47,214 nt of DNA, taken from positions 1 through 47,214 of the forward strand of contig KZ538795.1 of NCBI GenBank assembly GCA_000934665.2. The letters are read 5' to 3'. Source of the stretch: Catajapyx aquilonaris. Taxonomy: Eukaryota. A program made the translations under genes and the position numbers. Positions 36,910 to 47,214 of the stretch are shown piece after piece. Under the pieces are notes generated by a model. The model did no database searches, was not told the DNA's origin, and saw only the letters and a program-made list of their open reading frames with translations. Position 1 is the stretch's first letter. Each line of letters starts with the position of its first letter.

Positions 36910-37398
36910 TTAGTCACTGGAACAGTCTCCTCCACTGCAGCTGTCCTCTTCCTGTTCCTGGAGCCTCTGCAGCTCTCCAAGCTTGTTTGCCAGCTGCTGT
37001 CCAAACGCTTGCTGGAACATGGGGCTGATGTGGTTGAGCAAGGCGTATGGGGTCTCGTAGTAAGTGGACTCCTCCTCCGACCCCAGCTCGCCTCCAGACA
37101 GCCTGAACCCGCTTGGCCCCACCTCGATGGAGTAGCTTGCCCCTTCCAGGGTGGTCAGGTCCAAATGAGCCAGAGGGTCCCCTGGGCTCCCACCTTGCAC
37201 CGTCACCTCCCTGACCCCAAAGGCAATGTCCCGGAGCACACTCTCAGCTTCCTCCAGCCACTCCTGGCACCCCACAATCTCAGGGTCTGCCATGGGTGGG
37301 GCGGCACCACCTGCCTCAGGAGATGACCCCGGAGGTGAAGGGGAGGTCAAGCTGCTGCACCCATCTTCCTCCTCCTCCTCTTCCCCTTTGCCTCTCAT
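36910..37398 (-). CDS. GSKIP: GSK3-beta interaction protein (DUF727)
   Basis: EAESVLRDIAFGV, LTTLEG, YETPYALLNHISPMFQQAFGQQLANKL. The first ATG after the acceptor at 37414 was chosen as start. Confidence 0.9.
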   Translation of the reverse strand: MRGKGEEEEEEDGCSSLTSPSPPGSSPEAGGAAPPMADPEIVGCQEWLEEAESVLRDIAFGVREVTVQGGSPGDPLAHLDLTTLEGASYSIEVGPSGFRLSGGELGSEEESTYYETPYALLNHISPMFQQAFGQQLANKLGELQRLQEQEEDSCSGGDCSSD

Positions 37399-37568
37399 TA
37401 TCCAGGAGGAGGCCTGGAAATTGACAGTTGTTAACACTCGTACATGTTGTTCAGTAAAAATACTCGTATGTCAGCATTAAAATGGATGCAATTTGTTTAC
37501 GTGTGAGCTCTGAACATGAAGGGCATTCGGGACGCACGTAACAATAGCGTTCTACAGCTCCCAAACGA

Positions 37569-37719
37569 TCAAATCGCTCTCATGTACACCTCCTCCTTCT
37601 TCCTTGGCCTGTACGTTGGGTCAAAGGTCGTGGGGTCGACCAGAAGGGTGTCGCTAAGACAGGAAAGAAGGGCAATCCAACCAGAGAGGAAAGAAAGATG
37701 ATCACAAGGGGGCCGCCAT
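37569..37719 (-). CDS. Putative spliced upstream ORF of GSKIP, 32 aa (MAAPFDTLLVDPTTFDPTYRPRKKEEVYMRAI); exons 37719-37706, 37653-37569
   Basis: ATG in agcATGG context, a 52-nt pyrimidine-rich GT-AG intron, and codons mostly ending in G/C. Confidence 0.55.
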
Positions 37720-37989
37720 GCTCGACTCCAAGGTTGACAGATTCACGCAGCAAGGACGCAGGGTGACCAGACCAATCCGCACCCTATTTCAGCTCGACCC
37801 TGGGCTGACCATATATGGCTAGACCGTGGCTGAAAACGGTGATAACCAACCAGCCAATCAGGAGGCGGGCACATCCTGATCTACCACCAGGGAAAAAGCC
37901 GTAACTGCAAAATTGCCCCGATCTGCCGTTATAGTGGCTATTTATAATAATTATTACTGTAGCATTTATCAAATTGTTGTTGTTGTTGC

Positions 37990-38073
37990 TACTAGAAAAA
38001 GGAGAGCGAAGCGAGTGGTTTTTCTACGCCTGCGCCATAGAAAAATGCGAGCGAAGCGAGGGTTTTTCTCTAG
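37990..38073 (+). mobile_element. Helitron-like 3' end (duplicated GAGCGAAGCGAG hairpin motif then CTAG|T); related motif at ~21400-21445
   Basis: tagaaaaa...gagcgaagcgag...tttttcta occurs twice, ending in ctagt. Confidence 0.4.
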
Positions 38074-38826
38074 TATACCATTTATAATTATTGAAATTTA
38101 TTGTTATTGGCTGTTGTTGTTGGTCGGTGTTGTCGCATTTGTCGGTGTTTCCCATTCAGAGCATCCAAACCCCGCCAACATTTTGATCTTGGTGGCATGC
38201 GCGGGGTCGTTTGGTTGTGAATATCCCCGGCAGATGGGATCCCTTTGTGGGTGGTTTTCTCCTTTTCCCCCTCCAGGAGGGGTTGGACGGGTGGAGTTCT
38301 TGGTGGGGGTATCCATCGAGAGAGAGGGATGCCCCCGGTGTCCCCCCCTGCCCCCCACAACTAGAGGAGTTCCCTGGTTGGGGTGACGTCACTGGTGGTG
38401 TGGCCGGGAGGGCAGGGGGTGTCCTCTCAAGGCTGCGGAGCGAGGACGGGGTGAGGTTTGTGTGGAGGGAGTGGGGTGAGGGCAAGTGTACAGCACGCAC
38501 ACACACACACACTCGGAGTATTCCGGGGGTACTAACAGGGCAGGGGGGAAGGGAGGGAGGGAGACACCGGGGGTAAAGTGGAGGTGGGGGGGTATTGGCA
38601 GCACTGGCTGGCTGGCTGGCTGGCTCTGGGGTGCTCCTCTCTAGAGCTCCGTGGCTCTGTTTTGGTGGAGTCGGGGGGCGCCTGCCGGATGGGGCCAAGG
38701 ATGGCTCGACCCTCCTCCTCACGGGTCGTCGTCTCGCTGCCCTACAACAACGACAACGACACACCCTGGGTCAGGGCGGGGTCGTAAGAAGAAGCGCGTG
38801 TTGTGGTGGACAGTGGACAGTGGAGG

Positions 38827-38935
38827 ATGCCCCGAAAGAGACCAGCCGCCAACCACACCAACAATCATCGCGGAAGTGCCCCTCACCATCACCACAGGGG
38901 AAGACCAGCACCAGGGGACACCCTTCGCGCCAAAG
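38827..38935 (+). CDS. Possible first coding exon of an unidentified gene with a large first intron
   Basis: MPRKRPAANHTNNHRGSAPHHHHRGRPAPGDTLRAK followed by G|GTAAC, after a GC-rich UTR-like stretch. No downstream exon identified in the window. Confidence 0.35.
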
Positions 38936-40164
38936 GTAACAAACACCGTGCTGCGGATATACCGCCTCGTGACGATGATAACGCGACGGGGTTATGTTAG
39001 GTTAGAGGTTATGTGCCTGCTGGGCACTATTCGGATTTCCCGCCTCAAACACCCCGGTTTACTCGTTGAAATTCCGGCCCGGCGGGATTGGCTGTCCGGT
39101 GTTCATGGCGACGAAATTGTTCACTACGGCTGGAATTTAGTTACGTTTAAACCTACGGGATCAGTCGGAATCCCCGGACTTGTGTTGTCGGAAACATCGG
39201 TTTTCGCAGTAACCCATCATGGATTTCCTATATAGAAACCACCCGGAACTTTTTCCTCCTCGAAAACGCGTGTGACCTAGCTGTCCGGACAAACCCGGTG
39301 CTATTCTGCCCGGGGTTTGCTCCAGAACCCTGTGTATATACGGCAGCCCTCAAGTATAAACGCCGGTAAATGCGAAACCTCCAGGTGACGTCACGAGAGG
39401 AATCCCCCCCCCCCCCCCCCCNAAAGGGTATGTTTTTTGGGATTTTGAAACCCCCCCCCCCCCCCTCCCAATTTTTCCTGCCCTCCAGACTAAAGGCAGT
39501 TTGACCTTACCAAACCCGCAGACATGTGTTGGCATCCTCTGATCCGAGGTTATGATCAATGTACCCACACGTTTTGGGTCTCTCTCTCTCTCTATGAAAA
39601 ATGATCGATCTTTCCGAAGCGGGGGTGCCCTCCCAGAGGCTGCACCAGGTGGCAACCCCGCCCGAGTGACGTCACGTGTGTTGCTTTGCAAGGGGAGGGG
39701 AAGGGGGGGGGGAGGAGGGCAGCCTTATTGGCGCGCTTCCGCCCTCCACATTTTTTTTATCGCGATTTNGGGGGGGGGGACCGTGAACTGGTGCGCTTGA
39801 AGTGTCACAAATAAAGTGAAGGCTGAACCCCCCCACAGTCTGTACATGCACATGTACTGTATATTGCGGGGGTTGCTTCTTGGAAAATGCGCGGATCCCC
39901 CCCCTTTGACGTCACCTGTTGGGTGGGTGGGAGGGAGACGGGGGTTAAGGGAGCAAAGGTTCTCTGGGAAATTCCTTTCGGTTTCGTTTCGGTATAGCGT
40001 CACACTGTCCACATCCTTCACTCGAAAGAAGAAGAAAAATGTGGATTGTCCTCTCCAGCAAACGGTGGAAATGGCGGCAACAATTCTGGACTGATGAGGC
40101 CTAAAATGTTGCTATGGACAGTCCACTGAATTCGGGACAGCCCAAGTCAGGCGGCGTCCTATAG

Positions 40165-40322
40165 AAAGGTGTCGTATCGGCCTCATCATACAGAAAAACG
40201 TCCAGTCCGCCTCATTTAGAAAAAAAGTCGCATCTGCCTCCTCATATAGAAAAACGTCCAATCTGCCTCATTTAGAAAGAGAGAGAAAAGTCGTATCTGC
40301 ACGATCTGATTTGGCAACACCG
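40165..40322. repeat. Short tandem subterminal repeats ending in an hAT-like terminus
   Basis: gcctc.tcata.agaaaaacgtcca.tc.gcctcatttagaaa occurs twice; the minus strand begins CGGTGTTGCCAAAT at 40322. Confidence 0.4.
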
Positions 40323-41538
40323 CGATGCGATTAAAAGGACAGGTCCAAGGCGTTCGGTGATTGGCTTCTTGGTGGGGACGACACCGAGGCATTGGCTGCC
40401 AGGAGTGCTGCGAAGGGTGATGGGGGAAGTGAGGCTGGTGGTGTCGAAATAATTCGTCCAGCTATTCCGAAAATAGTCGCCGGGCCTCGCGGAAAAATAT
40501 TCGCGAACGTGGGAGCAGGTGCGAGATACGCTGGTGAAAACCTATTTATATATTTTGGAAAGGAGGAAGAGGAGGGGGGGGAGGATGAGGAGGTGAAAAT
40601 GCCTTGAGGAAGGACAAGGGAAGTTTCATTCCTCTTTTCTTTTTGTTTGCGTTACACTCGCTGTAATAAGTAATTGCAACCGGCGGTGGGGTGGGGGTGG
40701 GGAAGGGAGCTCTCACACAAGTGGGATGATTTCATCGCCGATTACGTCAATGCTTGTTTTAAAATATCGCTTTTTATTGCACCAGAGCGCTATCTCACAC
40801 GGCTCTGACTCGCGCCTTTTGTTCCACGTGCGTAATAACACGCGTCGTCGGGTCCCCAAGGAAGGAAGAAAAGGTAGTAGAGCGGAAAAACACCCACGCT
40901 CGTATAGGGAATATCACTTACACATACTCAAATCATATGGATCGTCGTGTAACCTAACCTAGCATACACATGGCAGCCCTATTAGTGGCTACTCTGCTAG
41001 GTTACTCCTGATCTTTCAGTTGGCTGCCCTGGTGGCCGTTGGGTTAAGCCCCGCCCATCGTCGTCCATGCCCCGCCCACTGTTTAGGAATTCAAATTCCG
41101 GGAGAAATCCTTGGGGAATCCCCGTGTAATCCGCAAGTGTGGTAACGATGATGGGCGGATTTTGAGCCTCGATTGTTATGTGGTGGGCGAATCGAGTGCT
41201 GTCGTGTTTGGGTGTTTCCCCTCCCCCGCTTATTCTCTCCACAGAGAAGAAGAGGGCTTCCTCCTCCTCCTCCTCCTGCAGTATTAGAGAGAGGGTGTGT
41301 GTGTGTGTGTGTGGTGTGCGATTCAGAGCGGTGTTGTCATGGTAACCTCCTCTCCCATCCGGGGAATGGCCTTTCTTGGAAATTCCTCTCCTTCCAAACA
41401 GGCAAAAGCAAAAAGAGGGAAGGGTCTCCCCCACCTCACTCCCACCCACCCACAGATAGCGTATATATAGAAAGAAAAGAGAGGCAACAAAAAAAGCGAA
41501 GGGACAGCACGTACTCGGGCTGATTCATACCGATTTTT

Positions 41539-41670
41539 NNNNNNNNNNNNNNNNNNNNNNNNNNNNNNNNNNNNNNNNNNNNNNNNNNNNNNNNNNNNNN
41601 NNNNNNNNNNNNNNNNNNNNNNNNNNNNNNNNNNNNNNNNNNNNNNNNNNNNNNNNNNNNNNNNNNNNNN
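41539..41670. other. Assembly gap
   Basis: Run of N next to poly-C. Confidence 1.
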
Positions 41671-44600
41671 CCCCCCCCCCCCAGGACATTCTTGCTCACC
41701 ATGTGCTGCTCACTTTGCGAATTATTTTACACCACATGTCGCTATAAATGCACAGGATGGCCCGATTTAATTGTCCACTTCAGTCGGCGAATTTCAGCCA
41801 CTAAGCTGCTTAATTTTATTGCGCAGCTACTTGGCCGTGAAAATATTAGCTGGCAATATTACGTTGGATGGACAGCATTGGACACATTTGTGGAGCACGA
41901 AGAATCCGATTTGGTCTGCGAAAAAAAGGCGGATTTTTTTTTTTTTTTGCGACTCGGAGCTTTGAATGGATTATTCCAGTCGACTTAATATTAGCGACTA
42001 TAGTACTTTTGATAGTCGTTGAAATGAGCACCTCGTGGTGTAATATAACAGGATTCGGAATCATTTTTTCAGGACGAACCGCCACAATTTTCAGTGGAAG
42101 TTGTTGCTAATAATGTAAGGCGAAAGACTGATATTCGCGGAAATTGAAGTGTTACCCTATATATTTGCGGAAATGAAATTCGCAAATGTGAAAAATTTAA
42201 CACGCCTTAGAAGCTTTGATACTTTTTCTAGCAGCAATGCATGATTTTCAAGAGTTGCATATTGTTCGCAAAAAGTGTTAAATAATGAATTGTTTTTTTG
42301 GGGGGTGGGGGGGGGGGGGGTAACATTGCATTGGTTGAAACCCCTGTAGTATGACGGAACCATTATTTTTGACGCATTTATTACCGTTTTAGCGAACAGT
42401 TTTTCTGCCTCTATTTTCACCGACTCTTTTAGAGATAGAGAGAGACAGGCTGCCAATATGAAACGTGACGTCATGGATGTCACGATTAGGGAATTCCTGT
42501 GTTTTCCTCTCCGGGACAACGTTATTTCCGAGTGTCACATGTCAGACGAGGACAGGCCCTTGCTTATCCTTAGTGGGTGGGGGTGACCGAAATATTGTCT
42601 AGAAAGCTCCAAAATGGCTTCTCTTCTCTCTCTCGTTTTTGGTGGGGGGTGATGGTGGTGCAGTTAGTGAGTGAGAGAGCGAGAGAGACTCGAGTTTGAG
42701 GAATGCAGTCTGGCAGGGGTCTAGCCTTGCCCAAGGGGGATTGCTTGAACTGCCTTTTGCTATACGTCCTGCTGATGGTTGGTGGGACCCCCACAACCTC
42801 CCACTGCAACAATACCCTCCCCCATCCCCCCCTCTCCACGAGCATGGCCCACACCCAAACCGACCAACCAAGCGGTGGAAGGAAGGGTGAATATCCTCTT
42901 ACTCAGCCTGTACCAACATTGACCTCATGGGATTCTTGCGGGTGCACCTGCACTCGTGGGGGCAGCAGGAGGAGACATAACCGAACCCGAGGGAATTCAA
43001 GGCGCCAACAGTCTCAGGGACTGGACACTACCTCCGTTAGTCCAATCGGGAATATTGAGATTTTGATTGGCGCCGCTGCTGGTCAGTCGGCCATAATATT
43101 CAGAAGCAGCTTATATTGCAATACAATTGACGAATGTAATTTGGGATAATGTAGGTGCGGTATGCACACACTACAGGTCATACCACCTTGCAATATATTC
43201 CATAATGGGGGATGCCCATTCGCCAATTCTCCCCCCCCCCCCCNCCTTTTCATTCCTGCTCTGAGAGGCGGTCGTCCTCATGAAGGTCATTCCATCCTTC
43301 CCGGCAGGTGAACAATAACAACACACCTGTACTCCACAGAGGGGTTGGGGGGGTTGAGAGAGAAAGGAATGTTGCCACATGTATAATGCGCGCAGGGATT
43401 TTTGCACCTGCTGGACTCTCCTCATTGGCCGGTTTGGAACCACCACCAACACCAGCTGCAGCAGGTCACCACCAGAGTTGGGAAATTGTCCAATCTGAAC
43501 CCGAGATCGAACCCTGGACCTCTGAGGTCGCAACCTGCTTATTATGCCAGTATTAATTTTTGGAGCGTTTTCGCATAATTCGCTCTGGACAACAGAGATA
43601 TCAGCTGCGATAGGTTGGACAATTGGTTCGGTAAACAGCGGTTTGTCGCCCTTGCGTTGGTGCAACTGGGGAGTCATTGCGAGATATTATAAGTGTTTGA
43701 ACGTACACTCAGTGCGAGTGGGAAGGTGTACAGCCTTGGTGTGAGTCAGCCGACGTGTCTTTTTTATGTTTGTTTAGTTTTATGAAGTATGATTCTGCCC
43801 TGAGTCCCCCATTGGATGATGATGATGAGGGTGGGGGAGGTGGAATGCCCAGGTAACTAATTAGCATAGGGGTTTGAAGGTGAAACGGAGCAGGAATCGG
43901 AGGGAATGCATGCCGGCATGAATGGCTGGGGATGACTCACACACCACGTTCGTCAATCGACACAGTCATCATACGCTCACTCGCACGGGTTCCATACTTG
44001 ACCGTCGGTTAAGACGTAACGGCCGATTATCACAGCTGATATTCCGCCACAAAAGAGGCCTGTTAGCAGCAGGTGCGGATAACCTACGACGGGAAGTTTC
44101 CAAACCGCCATTCAACGGCGTCCTCTGCGGCAAAACGGGGCCTATATTTAACCAGGCAATCACCCAGGCTTAGAAAAGTTAAGAAAGGTTGATCGAACGC
44201 ATTTCCTCTTAACCGGGGGAAGGTCGACTAACAAGTGCCTCGAGGTTGGTGACATAAGCAACGCGTCATTTCCGTCTATGCTGGCTCAGCGTAACTCCTA
44301 AACAAACGGTATACGTGCGTGCTCGTATAGTACAACGGTGGAGATTAATGGACAACTACAAGTATCGCCGACTGGCCCAGTTTTTTCCTTTACACGAAGC
44401 TGCCCGATTGTTATAGCTTCGTGTAAAGGAAACACTCCGCCAGGCGGCGATACTTGTGCTTCTCCATTCATTTCCACCACTGCTGTATACAATCTGCAGA
44501 TCTTGAGACACTAGTGTTGCCGGGCTTTTCCTATTCTAACCTAACCTATAGCCCAACCATACCTGGAAGTAAAGGTCTAACCAAGCTGCCCGGTTTCTCC

Positions 44601-47084
44601 ACGTATTTAACTGAGCGTTAAGAGCTATAACTGGAGGTTAACACGAATCGAGGGCAAGTTACTAAATCAGTGTTGGAGAAACCTATCGTAAACTTGAATG
44701 TGTAAATGATAGTTGAAGAGGGAATAATGGTAAAAGTGTGGACAGAGGTTAGTTGTCGTCCATGTTGGGTCCTCTCCAAGTGTACGTTCCATGTGTTTGG
44801 CGGGGGCTTCCAGGAATTCCCTTCCTCTCCTCCTCCTCCCCCTCCTCCTCCTCCTTTCATCTTGGTTGGAACCCCCCCTGGCATGGCAGGCAGCTCCGAT
44901 TGCAACCCTGAGCTGAAACTGCGTTGAGAGAGAGCGGAAGGGAACTCGGTCGAGGGAGGGGGGGGGGGTTGGGATGGAGAGGAGGGGGGGATGGGGGAAA
45001 CGGCCTTCTCAAAGGGGGAAGGGGGAGGGAGGGATGGAGGGGGAGAAAAGAGAGGCCGACTGCCCGGCGCCTCCAAGAGAGTACAGGGAGGGAGGGAATG
45101 CCCAGAAATAATATTTCAAAAAAAAAAAAAAAGATTTGCGAATGCCTGATATTGCGTGCCAAAATCTACCCACGCACTCATTATTCACCAATGGTTGGAT
45201 CAACAGCGATGCATATTGCACTGCATACTATACTGATCTAATTGTTGCAAATGATGCGCCACTCATCGTCACTGGGGGGAATCCCCGACCTGTCCCACTC
45301 TGTTGGTCATCTCCGTCCGTCGCAAGTTATGACGTCATTTGCACGGACTTGCCCTGGAGCTTGAAGTTCGAGCAAGATGCCAACAGCTGGAGGAGCAATT
45401 ATTATCCAATCGGGAAGGTCCACACCTTGCATTCAGTGCGGCTCGTAATTTAGTGCGCACCTGTTTCACCCACCTGTCCTGTTGGCACCATGAGAAAAGG
45501 GAGAATTATTCAGGCCCGAATAGAAATTACGAAATAAATAAATAAATATGTAGCTACATACCAGTACTGTATAAAGCAGAAAGTTGGTACAGTATGTCCG
45601 GGCTACCTAACCCACTTCCTGACTACTGAGAGTGCTGAAACTTTGCACACCCATGTCATATACACTTATTTCGTTTATCAATCCCCGTGCGCGGAACGCC
45701 CCCCTCTAGTAAATTAATAAATAATAAACCAATTAGAAGCTCGTAACAATCACTGTTTTGCGGCAACTTGTTATACATTTTGACCAGTGTTACATCACAT
45801 GTCGTGTGTCTCATAGGCGATTAATGCGCGCAAAGTTCGAAATCGCCTATTTTGTTACGGTGTTTCTTGGGCCCCTCTGGCTATACAAATTGGTCAGTTT
45901 TTGGCAGGTCCACCATTACTGGATCACCCCTGGAGGTCACTTTGGTCAGCAGGGGGTCTGTTCCGAGGCGAACGGTGACCGGTCGTAATTATGGAGAAAG
46001 GTACCGTTTTTGAGGGGATACACTTTTCGGGGGTTTGACCCAGAGAGCTGAAGAGAAAGAGCAAGATAGTGTATACTGTAAAGCTGTGGGGTGTTCAAAT
46101 TCATCGCTGTCGTATTCAGAATTATTTGCATCGGTGGTTATTTTGGCAATAAGTGGTGCAGAAGCTGCGCAGGGACAGGAAAAATCAGCCTGCAACGAAG
46201 AATTTGGCACGGGTCATTGTCTATTTATTACAAAGTCATACTGCTACATCATCGGCTAATATTTTGGATAGCCCGTCTGAAAGTATAGCTGGATTTGGTA
46301 TAGGAATGAGTAGTGCGTCAAAGACGCAACGGGCTGCGTCGTAATGCGATGGACACACACATGCGACCCGTCTGAAGGAAGATGAACTTTTTTTTTGTTG
46401 TTTTCCTTCGGGTGACGGAAATAGAAAGGTACAGTGACGCACCTGCGATACCCGGAACGTTGCGGTGAATCGATAGCCCCCAGTCTGGCCACCCCCACCT
46501 CCACCCACAGNCCCCCCCCCGCCCTCTCTCTCTCTCTCTCTCTCTGCCACACTGATAGGGATGATGCGTATCTCTCACCTTGGAAGTAGCCACCAGCACC
46601 TAAGAATAAATAATACCTCTGAGGCAGGTGCAACCCCCGAGCAACATTTGCCAATCTGAAACAGGAGGTTGAATAATAATTGTGTAGTACCCCCGAAGCG
46701 ATTCCAGTAAAAATCGTGTCGGTCGGCGGAAAACACTGTTCCTAGAAGGAATCCTTTTGCGGAGGCGGTCAGTTCAAGTCGTACCGGTACTCTTTCTTTC
46801 ATCATTCAGGAAAATACACACACGTTTCTGATTCAGCCAGATCGGGCCCTCGATCTCACAATCCGCGACTCCCCCCGTAAACATGTTGACTCATCACCTA
46901 GGTCACAGTAGTTACCGTAGCTCTCACTTTCCCCGTCCAGCAATTAGAGAACAGAGTAGTATATAGCGCCCTGGTGGACTTTGTCCGCGCGATGACTCAT
47001 CACCAGCGTGCATGTAGTACTGCTTAAGCTTTGAGAACGGCAGGAGCAGCCCCCGGACACTTTTACTACATTCTGATGTTATCA

Positions 47085-47214
47085 GGGGCGTTTTGCAGAA
47101 GGTGCTCAATTGAGAGCGCCATGAGACATTTCACTCTCCGGATAAGTGGCGAGTGGCGACCCTACCGGACTAGGCTGAACTTTATAGGTACAAAAGGGAA
47201 GAGCTACATTGGGG
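47085..47214. mobile_element. Left arm of the foldback MITE family seen at 3847-4134 (cut by window end)
   Basis: gttttgcagaag.tgctca.ttgagagcgccatgagacatttca...ccctaccggactaggctgaactttataggtacaaaa is shared with 3852-3950. Confidence 0.8.

Larger units (their letters stand above)
38384..45337. promoter_or_regulatory. Cluster of six full CRE palindromes (TGACGTCA)
   Basis: Exact matches at 38384, 39386, 39667, 39907, 42466 and 45330. Confidence 0.45.

Noticed and set aside
38950..47080. Numerous 60-190-aa ORFs
   Set aside because: Low-complexity, microsatellite- and homopolymer-derived, with no domain motifs or consistent splice structure; interpreted as intronic or intergenic.

Overview
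Eukaryotic genomic DNA, probably arthropod (short ~50-90 nt GT-AG introns, two N-gaps, no prokaryotic features). (i) 1-12 kb: a multi-exon C2H2 zinc-finger gene. Its 10-finger terminal exon is tandemly duplicated, and the two copies differ mostly in the DNA-recognition helices. Degraded 5' exons of a further copy follow. The long intron holds several foldback elements, including a mariner built from two 3' halves. (ii) 12.6-23.9 kb: a tandem array of four minus-strand, 7-exon genes for secreted Cys-rich proteins. They share a C-x8-C...C-x4-C pattern reminiscent of Plus-C odorant-binding-protein-like folds, and two carry long Pro/acidic repeat tails. The ORF track shows only fragments of these genes. 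(iii) 24.6-37.7 kb: a dense block with a poly-His DM9-repeat gene, CAP, a small acidic single-finger protein, HADH, Elongin B, TMEM241 and GSKIP. The inferred GSKIP leader carries a spliced, codon-biased 32-aa uORF and a second uORF overlapping the start (TAATG). (iv) 38-47 kb: mostly non-coding, probably a promoter, first exon and large intron, with six TGACGTCA sites. All gene models were read by eye from splice signals and reading frame, and family names come from motif recognition, not database searches.
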